Shown piece after piece: positions 14,635-26,088 of a DNA stretch of 64,000 bases (position 1 is the first letter of the stretch; each line of letters starts with the position of its first letter). The position numbers and the translations under genes were made by a program. The stretch spans positions 1,116,001 through 1,180,000 of the forward strand of contig NC_042999.1 in the NCBI RefSeq assembly GCF_006345805.1, in the 5' to 3' direction. Source of the stretch: Octopus sinensis (lineage: Eukaryota). The notes beneath the pieces are model-generated. The model saw only the letters and a list, made by a program, of their open reading frames with translations. It did not search any database and was not told the origin of the DNA.

Positions 14635-15260
14635 CGTAATAACGGATTTTTTTTAGAAATTTCTGTCGGCTTACTTCGAGACGCGTGCTTATAATGATGA
14701 ATTATATGGTTATTGACGATTTAAGTCTATTTTCGGCATATTTGGCATTGGATTTTTTTTCTTTTGCTCTTGTTTATAAATTGTTTATAAATTTGAACTT
14801 TAATGGTATTTTTTAATATACTGGCTATTGATAAAAATTTTTTCGAAGATTTTAACCTATATTGGATGTAAATTTAATACTATACTTCCGGACTCTCACT
14901 CTATGAGAATTTTCAGTCCGATCACACGTGTCTCGAGGTATGCTGAAGAATTTCTATTCTGGATATATTTGGGGTACTTAAGTGTACACATGACTTAGTG
15001 ATTACTTCTTCCATGGGTGCAAGTAAGTATCTCATTTATTTCTTATCGCATTTATCGCTGAAGACGAGATAATTCTTAATGAATTAACTCAGAAATCGGG
15101 ACCGATTCGATAATAACGGAATTTTTAAGAAATTTCTGTCGGCTTGCTTCGAAACGTGTGCTTATAGTGATGACTTATATGGTAATTGACGATTTAAGTC
15201 TATTTTCGGCACATTTGGCAATGGAATGTTTTTCTTTTGCCCTTGTTTATAAGTTGTTTA
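14635..15260 (+). mobile_element. Retrozyme-like element: 473-nt monomer plus a partial second monomer, joined by an HHR
   Basis: Direct repeat 14635-14790 vs 15108-15260; an HHR fold spans 15052-15113 with predicted cleavage after 15107, at the repeat boundary. Confidence 0.55.
15052..15113 (+). ncRNA. Type I hammerhead-like ribozyme with C.A at the base of stem II
   Basis: TTATCG-CTGAAGA-C-GAG a TAATTC ttaat GAATTA a CTC-A-GAA-ATCGG ga CCGAT-T-CGATAA. Confidence 0.6.
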
Positions 15261-15267
15261 TATATAT

Positions 15268-15767
15268 GCGATGCCCCCCCCCCTTGCAAATGGTATACGG
15301 ACACAAACTCTGTGTCGATAGCCAGCCGCCGGAAAAGATGCTTTCCTGGGGCTAAAACAAGAGAAACTTCGTGCTTTATAGGACTGCTACATTTTGTTAG
15401 CATATAAACATTACTCTCCGGTACTGTTACTGTATATCTCTCGCTCAGAGATCTAAAACAAGTTGCTTTTCTCTATACGGGATCAGCGACTGTGTGTCAC
15501 TTAAAAAAAACATAGTATTTGCAGGTGGAGCGAGTTTTCTTCAATAGCTTGTAGTTGTCTCACACTGAGGACGGATAACGTCAACAAGCCTAGGCTTGTG
15601 AGTATCATGTAAGGCTAGAGATGTGAGCGATGACCTCCTTTGCAAATGCTATACGGACACAAACTGTGTGCCTATAGCCAGCTGGAAAAATGTTTTCCTG
15701 GGACTAAAACAACAGTAACATCATCCTTTATAGGACTGCCACATTCTGTTGACATATAAACATTACT
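15268..15767 (+). repeat. Direct repeat (15268-15415 and 15627-15767; period ~359 bp) with a degenerate HHR-like motif at 15559-15602
   Basis: Shared gcgatg...ttgcaaatg.tatacggacacaaact...taggactgc.acatt.tgt...catataaacattact. Confidence 0.7.
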
Positions 15768-16072
15768 ATATATATATAGTAATGGAAACGTGAAGCTCCG
15801 AGTAACAGCTTTTGTTACATTTCTGCTGCTTTTAAATAAAGCATAGTACTCTACCTCTGGTATTTGAGTACTCTTTTTTTCCACCTTGTTTCACATTTAT
15901 GTGCTTACTCCGGTATAAATATATATATATATATAAGAAATTAAAAAAGGAAAATACGCACACTTACATGATTTTAATATACTTTTTAATATGTGCGTAT
16001 TTTCCTTTTTTAATTTCTTATATACATTACACCCACCACGTGGGGATAATTGAAATTCCTCTTTTCTGTTAC

Positions 16073-16113
<41 letters not shown>

Positions 16114-17090
16114 CATACACACACACAAACATTTATATATATATCCGATATTAAGATAAATAAGTTTATATTATTTGTTCCTACACATGTTTCACCACTG
16201 TGGATGTTTAGAACTATGCATTATGTTAGAGAACTAATATATATGCATGTGTGTGTTTGTGCGTATATATGACATACGCGATATCGAGGGGGTATAAATA
16301 TTCAATAACGTTTTTTGGAATCCATCAAATACACAACGAAAGAAACCTAAAGCAATAATAATAAAAAAAAAAAAACATTTGTAATATCAGCTGAAGTGTG
16401 TTCTATTTCAGTACAATCAGGAGGGAAGAAAAATCAATTAAAAACAGGATATAGCCTTTAGATTTAAAAAAAATGGACGAACAGAAGATGGTATATACAG
16501 ATAAAACTGGTAAAATAAAGATGGGTTCCAGATAAACCATCAACGACAAGAGATAATCTTGAAGTTGTGAAACAACCAGCATGTGATAAAAAAATATCGT
16601 AGAATAAAATATGGTTTTGTTAAAAAGATTATCAAATACAGGAAAGGACCTGTAGATGAGTGGAGGTGGGGAATGGTAAATTTAAGAAAAAAATGACGAG
16701 AAATGTAAGATATATCTGAAAGCTTTCAACGTGAAAGAAAAACTCGAAATCTTAGATTCATTTTTTTTATTTTATGTTTTATGTGTATTTCCCATTTCGA
16801 ATGTATTCTGGCAAGAACAATGGCAAGCACACATACACACAACACACACTTACACACATACACTCACACAGAGAGTCACACACATCCACACATTCTAAAA
16901 ATGATCGCGATATCCGGGACAATAACAATCTGCAAGTCCTTAAAATTTTAAGGATGAAGAACGAAACAAGATGGTTTCCTTCACAACATCGCAACCAAGT
17001 ACGTTGCCGGTCAAAATCTACGCTAAATTAAAAAGGAAAGAGATCATGCGCACGCACACACACACACACTCTCACACACACAAGCATGCA

Positions 17091-17130
<40 letters not shown>

Positions 17131-17157
17131 TACATACACATACATACATACATTAGG

Positions 17158-17870
17158 ATAAAACTGAAGACTAGTAAAAAAGAGAACACCTATGCTGAAC
17201 TATTGAGAAATCTGTAGTTACTCTATCCAAATTACAAGTTCAGCTTTATACCTGTAATTATTGAGGCCTTGGGATATGTAACACACTGCCTAAATACCAA
17301 TCTTGAGAAATTAGGCTTCTCAAAACCAGAATGGAGAAAGCTAATTCGAAGACTACAGATCCAATCCATCACTTGAACTGTAAAAATCCGTAAAAAACTT
17401 TCCAGAAATTTATCATTTAAATATATATGAGCATGTCTTGATATGCCAGTATATGCATGAGAATACATACATAAAACAGAGAAATCTGCACATACATACA
17501 TACATACATACATACATACGTACATACATACATACATACATTAACACACTGCCTAGATACCAGTCTTGAGAAATTAGTTTCTCAAAAGCAGAAAGGAGAA
17601 AGCTGATTTGAAGACTACAGATCCAATCCATCACTGGAACTGTAAAAATCTGTAAAACTTTCCAGAAATTTATCATTTAGATATATATGAGCATGTCTAG
17701 ATATGCAACTATATGCATGAGAATACATACATAAAGCAAAACATACAAATCTGCACATAGACATACATACAAACAAAAATACCCTGTTGTTGATGTTGAA
17801 ATTCTAATGAAGAAGCCTTGACCCTAGGTTAGAAACCGGTTCTTTCTCTATCGGCAAGAAATCTTGAAAA
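17158..17870 (+). mobile_element. R4/Dong-like non-LTR retrotransposon 3' fragment (RLE C-terminus and 3'UTR), partly duplicated
   Basis: Translates KENTYAELLRNL*LLYPNYKFSFIPVIIEALGYV...RRLQIQSIT; second partial copy at 17540-17760; the 3'UTR is also seen at 6080-6250. Confidence 0.65.
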
Positions 17871-18139
17871 ATATCTGACCACATACATGCATCCATCCAT
17901 ACATACATATAAACATCACGACGTCGTCGCTAAAACAATATACACTATCATCCGAAAACACATTTCGAGAAGAATGGCAAGGCTATTACAACGACTCCAG
18001 TATTTTACTGGTACTTTGTTTCAACAAATTTGGAGTGGCGAAAGGAAAAGTTGTTCCCCGGCGAAATTAGAACGTTATGAATCTAATGACATCGCACAAA
18101 GTATTTTGTACGGCGCTCCAAAGATTCTTATTCTGTATT

Positions 18140-18532
18140 GTCTTCATAGAGGGGACAAACAAGGACAGACAAAGGGATTAAGTCGATTACATCGACCCCA
18201 GTGCGTAAATGGTACTTAATTTATCGACCCCGGAAGGATTGAAGGCCAAGTCGACCTCAGCGGAATTTGAACTCAGAACGTGATGACAGACGAAATACCT
18301 ATTTCTTTATTACCCACAAGGGGCTAAACACAGAGTGGACAAACAAGGACAAACATAGGTATTAAGTCGATTATATCGACTCCAGTGCGTAACTGGTACT
18401 TATTTAATCGATCCCGAAAGGATGAAGGCAAAGCCGACCTCGGCGGAATTTGAACTCAGAACGTAATGGCAGACGAAATACGGCTACGCATTTCGCCCGG
18501 CGTGCCTAACGATTTTGCCACCTCGCCTCCTT
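18140..18532 (-). mobile_element. SINE family B, dimeric form
   Basis: Two units of gttctgagttcaaattccgccgaggtcg...catcctt.cggggtcgat.aa.taagtacca... Confidence 0.85.
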
Positions 18533-18886
18533 ATTCATAAACTATAATGAAACCATATAATTAAAGCTGTTCAAGTAATTAAAGAACGTAATGATAATTA
18601 TAAAACAAAATAGTAACATTATGAATAATATAAAAAACAAAACAAAGGCATTGATACAAATGTAAATTAAGATTAAAAATACAGAAATAAAATTACAAAA
18701 TATTTCCTCACTTTTGTTTATTTGATGAACCGGAATTAGGGCATCGGTAAAAAAAGAAAAGAAATATAATTACTAGAAATCCTCATTATCACTGACAACA
18801 ATAACGTTGATAAAATAATCTTTATTTGCCAAGAGGACTTTTAAAAAATAGGCACGAAAATATTCACATACAATTATTGTTTAAAT

Positions 18887-19197
18887 CACAGGTTCTCAAA
18901 CTTTTGGGGACAACGCCTACACTTGTCCCCATAATACCTTCAGCGACCCCACCCCTATTTTTATATACAAATACTTTATATTTTACTAATTTATAAATAC
19001 TATGAATCATGTGATATTAAATAATATAATTTGTATACAATACTATGATAATATTATAATAAATTCATAGCGTCCCTCAATCCACTGCCTTCCTCCCAAC
19101 GCTTCCTTTTTCTCTACTGCCCCCTTTGGCACCAGCGCCCACCTGGATCCTCTCAACGCCCACCGGGGGGCGGTAGCGCCCACTTTCAGAACCTATG
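18887..19197. mobile_element. hAT/Charlie-like MITE
   Basis: TIRs CACAGGTTCTCAAA and TTTCAGAACCTATG; imperfect 8-bp TSD gtttaaat/ggtttaat. Confidence 0.6.
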
Positions 19198-19546
19198 GGT
19201 TTAATTGGTATTTTTTTGTTGAAAAAATAGAAATTATTTAAATATATTTAATATATTTAAATGTTAGGATAGGAGAAGGCGTCGAAATGGTGGAAACGTT
19301 AACATGCCGAACAAAAGTGCTTTGTGGCGTTTCGGTTATCTCTATGTTCTGAGTTCAAATTTTGCCGATAACTATTTTGTCTTTTACCATTTTAGAATTC
19401 GATAAAATAAATAGCGGTTGTGTACTGGAGATCAATGTAATCAACATACGCTTCTTCCAAAACTGCCGGCCTTGTCCCAAATTTGAACCCAATATTAAAT
19501 TTATAATTAAGATGGTGAGATGCCGGTATTTTTAGCACGCTAGGCA

Positions 19547-19749
19547 GCCGTCCAAGAATTTGGACCTGGAGATCCCCATTTCCAGCGACTTCGAGTGCCA
19601 CCTCCCAGTGGTGTCGGGCGTCAACGAAGAGCCCTCGACTGCAACAAGACGACCAAAGTTTTTTTTTTTTTCAAGGTCTGGGGTCTCCTGCCCCTAAGCC
19701 CTAGACCATCACCTAATCACCCTTACCCGTCTTGTTGCTTAACAACAAC
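19547..19749 (+). mobile_element. ~200-bp retroposon with (CAA)n tail, inserted into a SINE B
   Basis: 13-bp TSD agcacgc(t/c)aggca at 19534-19546 and 19750-19762; paralog at 40374-40601. Confidence 0.7.
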
Positions 19750-20855
19750 AGCACGCCAGGCAAAATACTTAGTGGCATTTTGCTCGTCTCTACGTTCTGA
19801 GTTCAAATTCCACAGGAGTCTACTTTGCCATACATCATTTCAGATTCGATTAAATAACAACCAGTTGAATTCTGGGACCGATGTAATCGATGTTGCTAGC
19901 ATTGTGGCAAAATATGGAATCAATATGTTACGGTGTTTGTGTGTTTGCATTCGTATATGCATGTGGCGGGTGTGTATTCTTGTTCAAACGGCTGCAACTG
20001 ATACGCGATCCTACAACGTTGTGCCGGCATCTCTGTATTCTATTAACTTTGGCGTCGCCTCAGTTTTCATATCGCGTGTCTCTGCCAATAGCATTAACGT
20101 AATTCAGAGGTCTTTGTCCTCTGTTAAGGCAAAAACGTCTTCAAAAATATAGCACCTGATATGGCCTATTGCTTTCAATAATAGCAAGAGCAAATCATGC
20201 CTACTTTCTTTGAACGGCAAGAGATAGGGAAAAATATTTCCCTTAATTCTCACGCAACGAGATGTTTTCAGCTCGCATGAGAAGCGTAGAATATTCAAAA
20301 TCAAAGAGATGTTGACATTCCTTCTTCATAGCGCAGGATCTTAATTCCATATAGAAGGATGCTTTCTCCCTCTCCATCCCTTTTTCTCTTTCATTCTTCA
20401 CTCACACACGCACATATGCACTTTTATATATAATATATACATATATCTTATATATATCTTATATATATATATATATATGTATGTATATATATTTGTATAT
20501 ATATATATATATATGCATGAACAGGCGCATATATGCCATAGCAAGAGGCTATTAAATGTTCTTATCTTTATACTGTATACATTAAATGATATTTATCTCA
20601 CTGGATGGAGTTCTTTTTTTTTGTTGATCTTACTTTGGCGGAACAGTAAACTGTGTGTGTGTGCGCATTTATTTATGGTAGGTAGTTTCAGGCCACCGGT
20701 AGTAAAGAGCCCGGGCTATATTCTTCCATTCATCTCTGCCCGATGATTGTCCACACTTGAGTGGTTCTTCAACATGAAAATGTACGGTATCAAGAATTGC
20801 CATTTATGAGGCATATATATAAAACTTATATAAACATATTGCATAAATATTATAC

Positions 20856-20886
<31 letters not shown>

Positions 20887-20891
20887 TATAG

Positions 20892-20933
<42 letters not shown>

Positions 20934-20979
20934 TATAGATTATATATATATATACATATACATATATATATTTAATTTA

Positions 20980-20998
20980 GATAAGATAGATAGATAGG

Positions 20999-21036
<38 letters not shown>

Positions 21037-21076
21037 TTTAGATAGATAGATAGATAGAGTCTGATAGATAGATAGG

Positions 21077-21149
<73 letters not shown>

Positions 21150-21150
21150 G
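20980..21150. repeat. (GATA)n microsatellite
   Basis: Direct reading. Confidence 0.95.
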
Positions 21151-22355
21151 TGTATATAGGAGAAAGTGATGATTCTCTTCATCGGTGTTCAGTTTTACGC
21201 AACGTTGAATCTTTCACGTAACAAAATGCCGAATAAGAATTTGATGTGAACTGATGGAGATTTAGAAGTACATAATTATTTTGGCTCTATTTGAGTGGAT
21301 GCAATTACTTTCCATATCTCACATATCTCAAAACCGAATCTAAGACGGACATCAAGTAATCACCAACCGCAATGGCTAAATTGCAACTACAAAATCATCG
21401 CGAACTGCAAGCTTGACGTATTCTGCTTTTCTATGACAGTGGCATACAAAACACATCTATTATATGCTGATATTGGTTTCAAATTTTACAGTAGGCTAGC
21501 AAATTCGGGGGAGACGGTAAGTAATTAGATCGACACCAGTGCTCAAATGATATTTTATTGACCTCGGAAGGATGAATGGCAAAGAAGACCTCGGCGAAAA
21601 TTGAACTCACAACGTGAAGGGAGACGGAAGATTCTGCCATCTCGTCGCCCAATAAGCCGATATTATTTAAAGGAATCGCAAAGTGCTTACCCTAAATACT
21701 TTCAAATTCAGCTTCAAGTAACACACATTTTCATTTAGGTTTTCTTTGACTCACATTGCACATAAGCATGATGAAACTTCCATTGCACTGATTCAGGTTA
21801 TCGCGATTTCAAATACCGCCCAGTTAATTGCTTCTATGGTAAATTCAGCAGCTTCCCAGCATCTTAAACATTTCCATTTGAGAATTTTAGATTGTTAACA
21901 AAAAGTTATGCAGTTCAATACGGTGTGGTGGTTAAGAGCGCGTGCTACTAACCCCAATATTCCGAAGTCAGTCAGTCTGCAGAAGACCTCGATGTTACGA
22001 CCATCAGTGAACAAATCTCTGTCTCAGTCAGTTGCACACTTAATCAAGTAGTCTGTTTCATGTCGCCATCTTGTATCTCCTACGTATTTACGCCACTTCT
22101 TTTTCTGTTAATCACCAATATGCGGGGTTTGCAAGTCTATACCATCTGGAATGTATTTACAATACAGTATGCGAAGTAAAACGCAACCAACTCCAGTAAG
22201 TGAATTATGGATACTTTTTTTATATTTCCAACTTTCTACAACAAGAACGTTTTCTCGTTCACGAAGCGTTTGGGAAAATCCTGTTCTTCCTGTTCTATCA
22301 CAATTGATGCCTTCTTGTTGACAATAAGATGTCTTTTATTTGTTTCAGTCACGAT

Positions 22356-22775
22356 ACTTATTTCTTTATTTCCCACAAGGGGCTAAACATAGAGTGGACA
22401 AACAAGGACAGACAAAGGGATTAAGTCGATTACATCGACCCCAGTGCGTAACTGGTACTTATTTAATCGATCCCGAAAGGATGAAAGGCAACGTCGACCT
22501 CGGCGGAATTTGAACTCAGAACGTAACGGCTGACGAAATATCTATTTATTTACTACCCACAAGGGGCTAAACACAGAAGGGACGTACAAGGACAGACACA
22601 TGGATTAAGTCGATTATATCGACCCCAGTGTGTAAATGGTACTTATTTAATCGACCCCGAAAGGATGAAAAGCAAAGTCGACCTCAGCGGAATTTGAACT
22701 CAGAACGTAGCGGCAGACGAAATACGGCTACGCATTTCGCCCGGCGTGCTAACGTTTCTGCCAGCTCGCTGCCTT
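22356..22775 (-). mobile_element. SINE family B, dimeric form
   Basis: Full tRNA-like head ggcagcgagctggcagaaacgttagcacgccgggcg plus a duplicated body. Confidence 0.9.
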
Positions 22776-23271
22776 GAGTCACTATACAGCGACCTTCAGT
22801 CACTATACTGTGGCTATGCTGGGGCACCGCTTTGAAGAAGTTGTAGTCGAACGAAGGGACTCTAGTATTTATGTTTTTTAAGCCTGGTATTTATTCTATC
22901 GTTCTCTTTTGCAGAACCGCTAAACATTGGTTGTTAAGCGGGGACAAACACAGCCACAAGGACACACACATATAAACGGATTATTCAAGTTGATCCGACA
23001 ATGGGAATGAACCCGGAGCCATGTATTTGAGAAGCTTAACATCTTACCACATAACCACGCCTTTAGTATTCTTTCCATAGAAAAATGGTAACACTGTACA
23101 CCATAGTAAAAAACTAATATAAATCATAAGTGCCATACTGTTTTCTAGTTGCAGCAAGGAACCTGATGTAAACAGTCTGAAAACTTTTCACAGATAATAA
23201 ATGAAGAGATGTCGTGCTCCACGCATCTACGATATAAAGTGGCCTTTACATTCCTCTCATCAAAAAGATAG

Positions 23272-23460
23272 GCAGAAACGTTAGCACGCCGGGCGAAATG
23301 CTTAGCGGTATTTCGTCTGCCGCTACGTCCTGAGTTCAAATCCCGCCTAGGTCGACTTTGCCTTTCATCCTTTCGGGGTCGATTAAATAAGTACCAGTTA
23401 CGCACTGGGGTCGATATAATCGACTTAATCCGTTTGTCTGTCCTTGTTTGTCCCCTCTGG
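23272..23460 (+). mobile_element. SINE family B, monomer
   Basis: gcagaaacgttagcacgccgggcgaaatgcttagcggtatttcgtctg...gtcgactttgcctttcatcctttcggggtcg. Confidence 0.9.
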
Positions 23461-23499
23461 GCAATTAAGAAATAAGATAGGGAAGATCTTGAACAGAAT

Positions 23500-23980
23500 A
23501 TAAAATCATTTCGTTCTTGGTCTACGCCTGGCGGTTGGATCAACTTGAAGAATCCGTCTTGCGATTCTTTACTGCTGCATTCTAGTCCCGTCTCTACTAC
23601 CAGACTATGACCTCTCAACTCGGTGGAGTAGCGGTTCGGTCGACCAGAAGAATTTCTACTAGACTATGCATATTTTCTAACTATTTCGATCTTGTTCTAC
23701 TCCTGGGTCTCCTGGCAGTTGATACGAACTGAAGAATCCTTCTAGAGGTTCATCTAATCACATATCCGTAGAACTGGAGGCATGACTTCTCAATGCGAAC
23801 TTGTAGCAGCTTGACGTGTAGAGACACTCTAAGACTTTGGATATAATCCATCTATCTCGTTCTTGGTCAACGCCTAGGTCTCCTACCGGTTGGTGCAGAC
23901 TGAAAAATCTGTCGCGTTTTATTTTCCTGCGATGTTCTAATCACATGTCAGTTGTACCTGAGTTGTGACCTCTCAATGCT
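23500..23980 (-). pseudogene. Decayed coding sequence of three tandem ~58-codon repeats, origin unknown
   Basis: Units align as LRGH...GFF..Q..(GD.)GV(D/E)Q(E/D)R with mostly third-position differences and 9- and 12-nt indels; stops and one frameshift present. Confidence 0.45.
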
Positions 23981-24580
23981 GTGAAGTAAAGAAATATATA
24001 GTTCAAACTGCTTGTGTTCCTGAGCGTCTAGAAATTTATTAGAATTACTTCTGTTGTAGAAAGCCATAGAAATTTTGACGTATGAAAATCTAAATGACAA
24101 ATAGAGTAAACTAGATGAGAGACCAAATAGCTAAATTGGTTAATTTAACACGTCTGTCAAGTTTTAATAATACTATTTATTCTGAGCTTCTGACAGAAAT
24201 GTTTTCTTAGTTCCTTTGAAAACTTCATAATTTATACATAAATATGAAGATTGATGTAAGATTTCCAAAATATACAAAAAGGAAAGCAAACTTTAAGGCC
24301 TCTTCTTGCTTGCTTTTATTTTTGGCATTTTAAGAACATTTACAAATGGAACCAAACGATGGTAAATATTTGATAGGAAATCTATGAGGTGCTGGTAAGA
24401 GAAACAATTACTAAATATTCTGGAACTGTTTCCATTTTTTTCTATTTGTTTATCATAAAATATTTCACGAAGATTGCTCTGAATATCTACCATTCTGTTT
24501 ATGTATGTATGTATGTATGTATGTATGTATGTATGTATGTATGTATGTATGTATGTATGTATGTATATATGTATATATAT

Positions 24581-24654
<74 letters not shown>

Positions 24655-24682
24655 GTGTATATATATATTTATATATGTGTAT

Positions 24683-24740
<58 letters not shown>

Positions 24741-24896
24741 TTACATAGTTTACAAAAGAGCTACTAATACATTCGTGTTTTAGAGATACAATAATATTAG
24801 TAGCACTTTTGTCAGTTGTTTATATTAAATTATATTTATTTTTTGTAGCATGCAGTACGTTTTTGTTGACCCCTACCTCTAACGGAACTGTAAACC

Positions 24897-24946
<50 letters not shown>

Positions 24947-25314
24947 CATATGTACAATGTGCACGCACACGTACACACATAGGCGCAGAAGTGGCTGAGT
25001 GGAAAGTAGCTAACTCACTTCTTTCGAGGAAAGAAATGAGTTTATGTATTACTATCTGGTTAAGAATCTTGTTTTTCATCCACGTGCTTTCCGGTTTAGT
25101 TCCACTGTGCAGCACCTTCGGCAAGTGACTTCTACTGTAGATTCTGATCGACCATTGCCTTGTTAATGAATTTGGTGGACGGAAACTATGTGGAATCCCC
25201 TTTGTCTCTCTTTCTCTCTCTTCATCTATATATATATATATATATACCGGAATAAACACATAAATGTGAAACAAGGTGGAAAAAAGAGCACTCAAATACC
25301 AGGGGTAGAGTAAT

Positions 25315-25485
25315 ATGCTTTTTTTAAAAGCAGCAGAAATTCAACAAAACCTGTTACTCGGAGTTTCACGTTCCCGTTCGTCGGACAGTTTTGTTAAAAT
25401 TTTCGCAAAACTGTCCAACGAACGGGAACGTGAAACTCCGAGCAACAGGTTTTGTTGAATTTCTGCTGCTTTTAAATAAAGTATA
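25315..25485. repeat. Palindrome (~70-bp arms) formed by two inverted PLE-type termini, each with an HHR motif
   Basis: Arms 25324-25393 and 25406-25475; minus-strand HHR CTGT-CCGACGA-ACG ggaa CGT-GAA-ACTCCGAGT-A-ACAG at 25351-25388; related termini at 15785-15915. Confidence 0.8.
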
Positions 25486-25537
25486 TATATATATAGAGAG
25501 AGAGAGAGATAGAGGGGGGAGAGAGAAAGAGAGAGAG

Positions 25538-26065
25538 AGAGGTGGGCGTTACAGAATTAACTAATCTACTTCAATGAAATCGAGTGAATTCTAAAAAGGA
25601 GATGATAGAATTTTATGTTTATTACCTAATTATGAAGCCAAATCATAAAATTATAAATCGTATGACAAAACTTTATTGAAATTTTCAACACTTGCACCGT
25701 CTATATCCCTGCAAACTTCAAATCGGCCATAAGCGTTGCTAAACACATTTTGAAACATTTATGGAGTTATCTTCTGCGCTGCTAACTGAATGATTTCTTT
25801 AGGTTCAGCTAAAGTATTGCTCAATCTTGGAGATGGAGTTTGAGAAAATGATTGCACCCAAATTGAGAAAAACGTTGTCGTGGACAGATAAGCGGGATCC
25901 AACACAAATGAAAATAAAATTATTAAAAAAAATTTTAATTTTAAACAAAATTTAAAATTTATACACTTTTAACACATATTAAGCAAGATAAACATAAATA
26001 AAAGTGATTTAAAAAACTCTGTCCGATTTCACTGAAAGAGATAGCTAATTCTGGGACACCCTGTA
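25538..26065. mobile_element. Tc1/mariner-like non-autonomous element
   Basis: Right end gggacaccctgTA; an imperfect ~45-bp inverted match (cagaatta.cta.c...ttca.tgaaatcg) at the left end. Confidence 0.4.
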
Positions 26066-26088
26066 AATATCGTAAACAGAAACAAAAA

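Noticed and set aside
17100-17540. Target-specific insertion of the R4-like element into (TACA)n
   Set aside because: Flanks shared with 6080-6250 show the TACA tract is internal to the 3'UTR
23145-23618. 157-aa ORF as a real gene
   Set aside because: It runs through an antisense SINE B; only the first ~45 codons belong to the decayed repeat reported separately
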